Source: Neovahlkampfia damariscottae (taxonomy: Eukaryota). Taken from it: a stretch of DNA of 64,000 nt. A program made the translations under genes and the position numbers. Positions 60,788-64,000 of this stretch are shown piece by piece (position 1 is the first letter of the stretch; every line of letters starts with the position of its first letter). The stretch lies in assembly GCA_016618085.1 (NCBI GenBank), contig JABLTG010000021.1:1-64000 (forward strand), in the 5' to 3' direction. A model generated the notes under the pieces. The model was not told the origin of the DNA and made no database searches. It saw nothing but the letters and a program-made list of their open reading frames with translations.

Positions 60788-63029
60788 ATGGGTAATTCCT
60801 TTGTTGACCAAGAAACAGTTCACTCGGACTTACAAGCAAAAGAAAAACCGAAGAAATATTTAGTTTATTCTGCCAAGAAATTAACTCAAATTCCAGATTT
60901 ATCTACAATTGACTTATCAGCTGTTCAAGAACTTTTTTTTGACAATAATGAAATAACAAAAATAGAGTTTGATTCAAGCATCATAACCAAACTAAAAAAA
61001 TTAAAAAAAATATCATTTTATAAAAATAACATTAAAGAAATACCTGAAAATTTATGTGAATTTGACCAATTAGAACATTTATCATTGGACATGAATAAAA
61101 TAAGTTCATTGCCAAAGAATTTTTCAAGTTTAATCAATTTAAAGGAATTAAGTTTATTTTTAAATCGATTTAAAACTATTAATATTTCAAGCTGTCAAAA
61201 TTTGCATGACATAAATCTGTCAAGTAATTGTTTGACTGAAATTGACGTATCACAATTGAAAAACTTACAATACTTAAATTTAGCATCAAATAAGTAAAAA
61301 AAAATTGAAAATTAAATCACTCTACAGATTAAAAGAAATTCCTAAAGGAATTGAAAATTTAAAGAACTTAGAAATGTTGAATTTATGGTTCAATGAGATT
61401 TCTGATTTTGACATTGACTTTGAAAATTTAGAAAGTTTAAAATCATTAGATATCAGTTATAATCATATTAAAAAATTGAATGATTCATTTTCTAAACTCT
61501 CAAAATTAGATGATTTTGCAGGAATTGAGAATGAATTTGAAAGTTTACCAACATTTCCATTGTCCATTTGTAAAATTGAAATGAAGAAAAATAAACTGAA
61601 ATCAATTGAAAATATCTATTCAAAAGAACATAAAAATTTAAGAGAAATTGATTTTTCATTCAATCAAATTGAAAAAATTGATGAATTTCCACCTCTATGT
61701 ATGTCAGTGAATTTTACATATAATAAAATTAAAGAAATTCCAATTGAAGGATCACAATACATTGCAATGATGTTATTTTCCCATAATGAAATCACAACAG
61801 TTCCTAATGAACTTTCTAATAGTTTATATTTGACTAAACTTGATTTGGGATTTAACAAAATTAAAAAGATTCCTAGAGATATAATTTTGAAAACAAAGAA
61901 TATACAACATTTAATTCTTGCCAAAAATGAACTGGAAAGTTTTTTAGATGAAGATATTTCAACAGAAGATTCAATATCACAATTGAATTTTCGAAGAATT
62001 TCATTGGGTTTTAATCAAATCAAAAACCTTCCAGAAGAGTTTTTTAACTATTGTCCACATCTTACAGAATTAGATGTTTGTTGGAATAACTTGGAAAATC
62101 TTCCAAAATCACTGGACTTATTGGTCAAATTGCAATATCTTCACTTGGGTGGAAATAAGTTAAAAGATGACGCAATTGAGTCATTTTCTAAAATTGAACA
62201 TCATTTAAAGCAATTAATATTATCAGACAATGAATTTAAAGAGATCCCAAAATATGAAGAAAGATATGCAAAATTGAGAGAATGTATTCAAAATCAAGAT
62301 TCAGATAAAAAAGTTGGTGAAGCTGAAATGATTGGAAAACGATCATCATCAGAAGACTCAATGGTTATTGAAGAAAATTTTGATGATAATAGTTCTTTAT
62401 TTGCTGTATTTGATGGTCATGGTGGATCAATGGCTTCTAAACTTTGTGCACAAAGATTGAGACTTTTAACAAAAGATAATTTATCAAAATCAAAAGATGA
62501 ATCATTTGAAGAAGTATTTTCAATTTTAGAAAAAGAAGTCTGTGATAAATGTCCAAAATCTGAAGGAACTACAGCTACAGTTGTTTACATCAAAGACAAT
62601 GAATTGACATGTTCAAACGTTGGAGATTCAAGATCCATTATTTGTTCAAAAGAAAAATCAAAACAGATTTCAATTGAACATAAACCAACATTCAGAAATG
62701 AACATCAAAGAATCCGAAAAATTGATGGATATGTCACAAAAGATTCTCGTGTGGAAGGTATAATTGCAGTCAGTCGATCATTGGGTGATTTGACTTTAAA
62801 AAAATATCTTTCAAGCATTCCAGACATCTTAACAACTAAAATTGAACAGGAAGATGAATATATTATCATATGTTGTGATGGTGTTTGGGATGTTTTGAAT
62901 AATGAAGAAGTAAGAGAAATTGTAAATCCAAAATATGATTGCAATCAAAATGCAAGAAGATTAAGAGATTGTGCATTTGCTTTAGGATCAACTGATAATA
63001 TATCATCTATTGTAATAAAATTAAAATAA
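60788..63029 (+). CDS. N-myristoylated LRR + PP2C phosphatase
   Basis: MGNSF start; many LRRs; PP2C motifs GKRSSSED, VFDGHGG, NVGDSR, VSRSLGD, CCDGVWDV, GSTDNIS; 1 intron ~61294-61328. Confidence 0.93.
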
Positions 63030-63030
63030 T

Positions 63031-64000
63031 TTATTCTTCAAAATATGAATTTCCAATAAATTCACGTAACAATGAATCAGATGGAACAAATTCATCTGGT
63101 ATTTCTTCAAAATCATCAAGAAATTGAATCAAGTATCTGGCATCTTGATAACATTTTTCATCAACTTTTACTGTTTTCAATAATGGAATTAAGTAAACTT
63201 TCAAAACAGAAAATTCATAATCTAAACTGGAATTGAAAATAAAATTTGCTTCATCCCTTAAAAATATCAGTTTAGAATAAAATTTGAATTTGAATACATG
63301 TATGGAAAGATATATTTATGTTCACTTCTTCTTACACTTTTCCATTGAGTGAAAGTTTGTTGTGGTGATGAACCACGATATTTGAAATCTCTTACTAATC
63401 TTCTGCATAATCTATTGGTGGAATTTGAAACAAATCTTTTTTCATCAATATTTAATTGACTGAATGCAGATGCAAATATCTTGTATTTATTATCAGAATC
63501 TATTTTAGCTGTTAATTTTTCATTTAAACAATGAATTCCTTCCATAACAATCATTGAATCTTTTGATTGTAATTTCATTTCTCTAAATTGAAGTTCTCTA
63601 GGTTTACCTTCTTTAAAATCATAAATAGGTGCTTTTACAGTTTTTCCTTCCATTAATTCTCCTAAATGTTGATTTAACAAATCAATTCTTATTGATGAAA
63701 TATCATCAAAATCTAAACTTCCATCATCATTAAATTTCATTTCAGAATGTGGTCTAAATATTTAGAAATTTGAAAAAAAAATACTTAAAATAATCATCTA
63801 CAGATAACATTAATGGTTTCATTCCCCTTGTTTCTAATTGATTGCATAAAGTTGTAGCGAATGTAGTTTTACCACTTGCTGATGGTCCAGCAATTAAAAT
63901 TAATCTAAAATTTGAATTTTTTTGATAATTTGACATATAATCAGTTGCAATTTCACTAATTTTTTGCAAATGTTTTGCATGACATAGTGTGATAAAGTGC
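63031..64000 (-). CDS. Uridine kinase-like nucleoside kinase (bacterial ThrRS-N/UK-fusion type), 5' end outside window
   Basis: LILIAGPSASGKTTF, LSVDDYF, PIYDFKEG, MEGIHCLN, RLCRRLVRD, FNSSLDYE, SLLREFIGNS; 2 introns. Confidence 0.88.

Noticed and set aside
1100..62944. Many antisense ORFs in the track (e.g. 1100-1600, 3640-5159, 23248-23928, 33855-34154, 61664-62944)
   Set aside because: Shadow frames of real genes on the opposite strand, with F/L/S-rich composition and no motifs.
1..64000. tRNA, rRNA or transposase genes
   Set aside because: No cloverleaf, rRNA-like GC-rich block or transposase/RT motif recognised by eye; tRNAscan-SE and Infernal would be needed to exclude small RNAs.

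Overview
Very AT-rich, extremely gene-dense eukaryotic (protist) nuclear DNA using the standard genetic code, with many tiny (~25-50 nt) GT-AG introns, intergenic gaps often <60 bp, and a CCAAT/ATTGG box just upstream of most start codons. Gene content (mitochondrial-type FtsZ, AMT1/MTA1 6mA methyltransferase, NCKAP1, WDR92, divergent G-alpha, DUF4116-like remnant) suggests a free-living amoeba/amoeboflagellate, possibly heterolobosean (inference only). About 40 intact genes were reconstructed by eye across introns, plus several islands of frameshifted or truncated gene remnants (1-2370, 8545-9720, 36240-36812). Highlights: an LRR protein carrying 8 tandem copies of the Hsp70 C-terminal lid subdomain; a ~950-aa aromatic 'FPLF'-repeat membrane protein resembling bacterial repeat proteins; a 10-intron FtsZ; an AMT1-type DNA N6-adenine methyltransferase; a mitochondrially targeted, membrane-anchored DyP peroxidase; a G-alpha with Q->E and NKxD->NKKN changes; an intronless DACR-type caspase-like protease; a 4xSCP2 peroxisomal protein; a glycine-less ubiquitin-like protein; and a 61-bp TA-flanked palindromic element. 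Gene boundaries come from manual splicing and are approximate; family calls come from motif recognition, not database searches.
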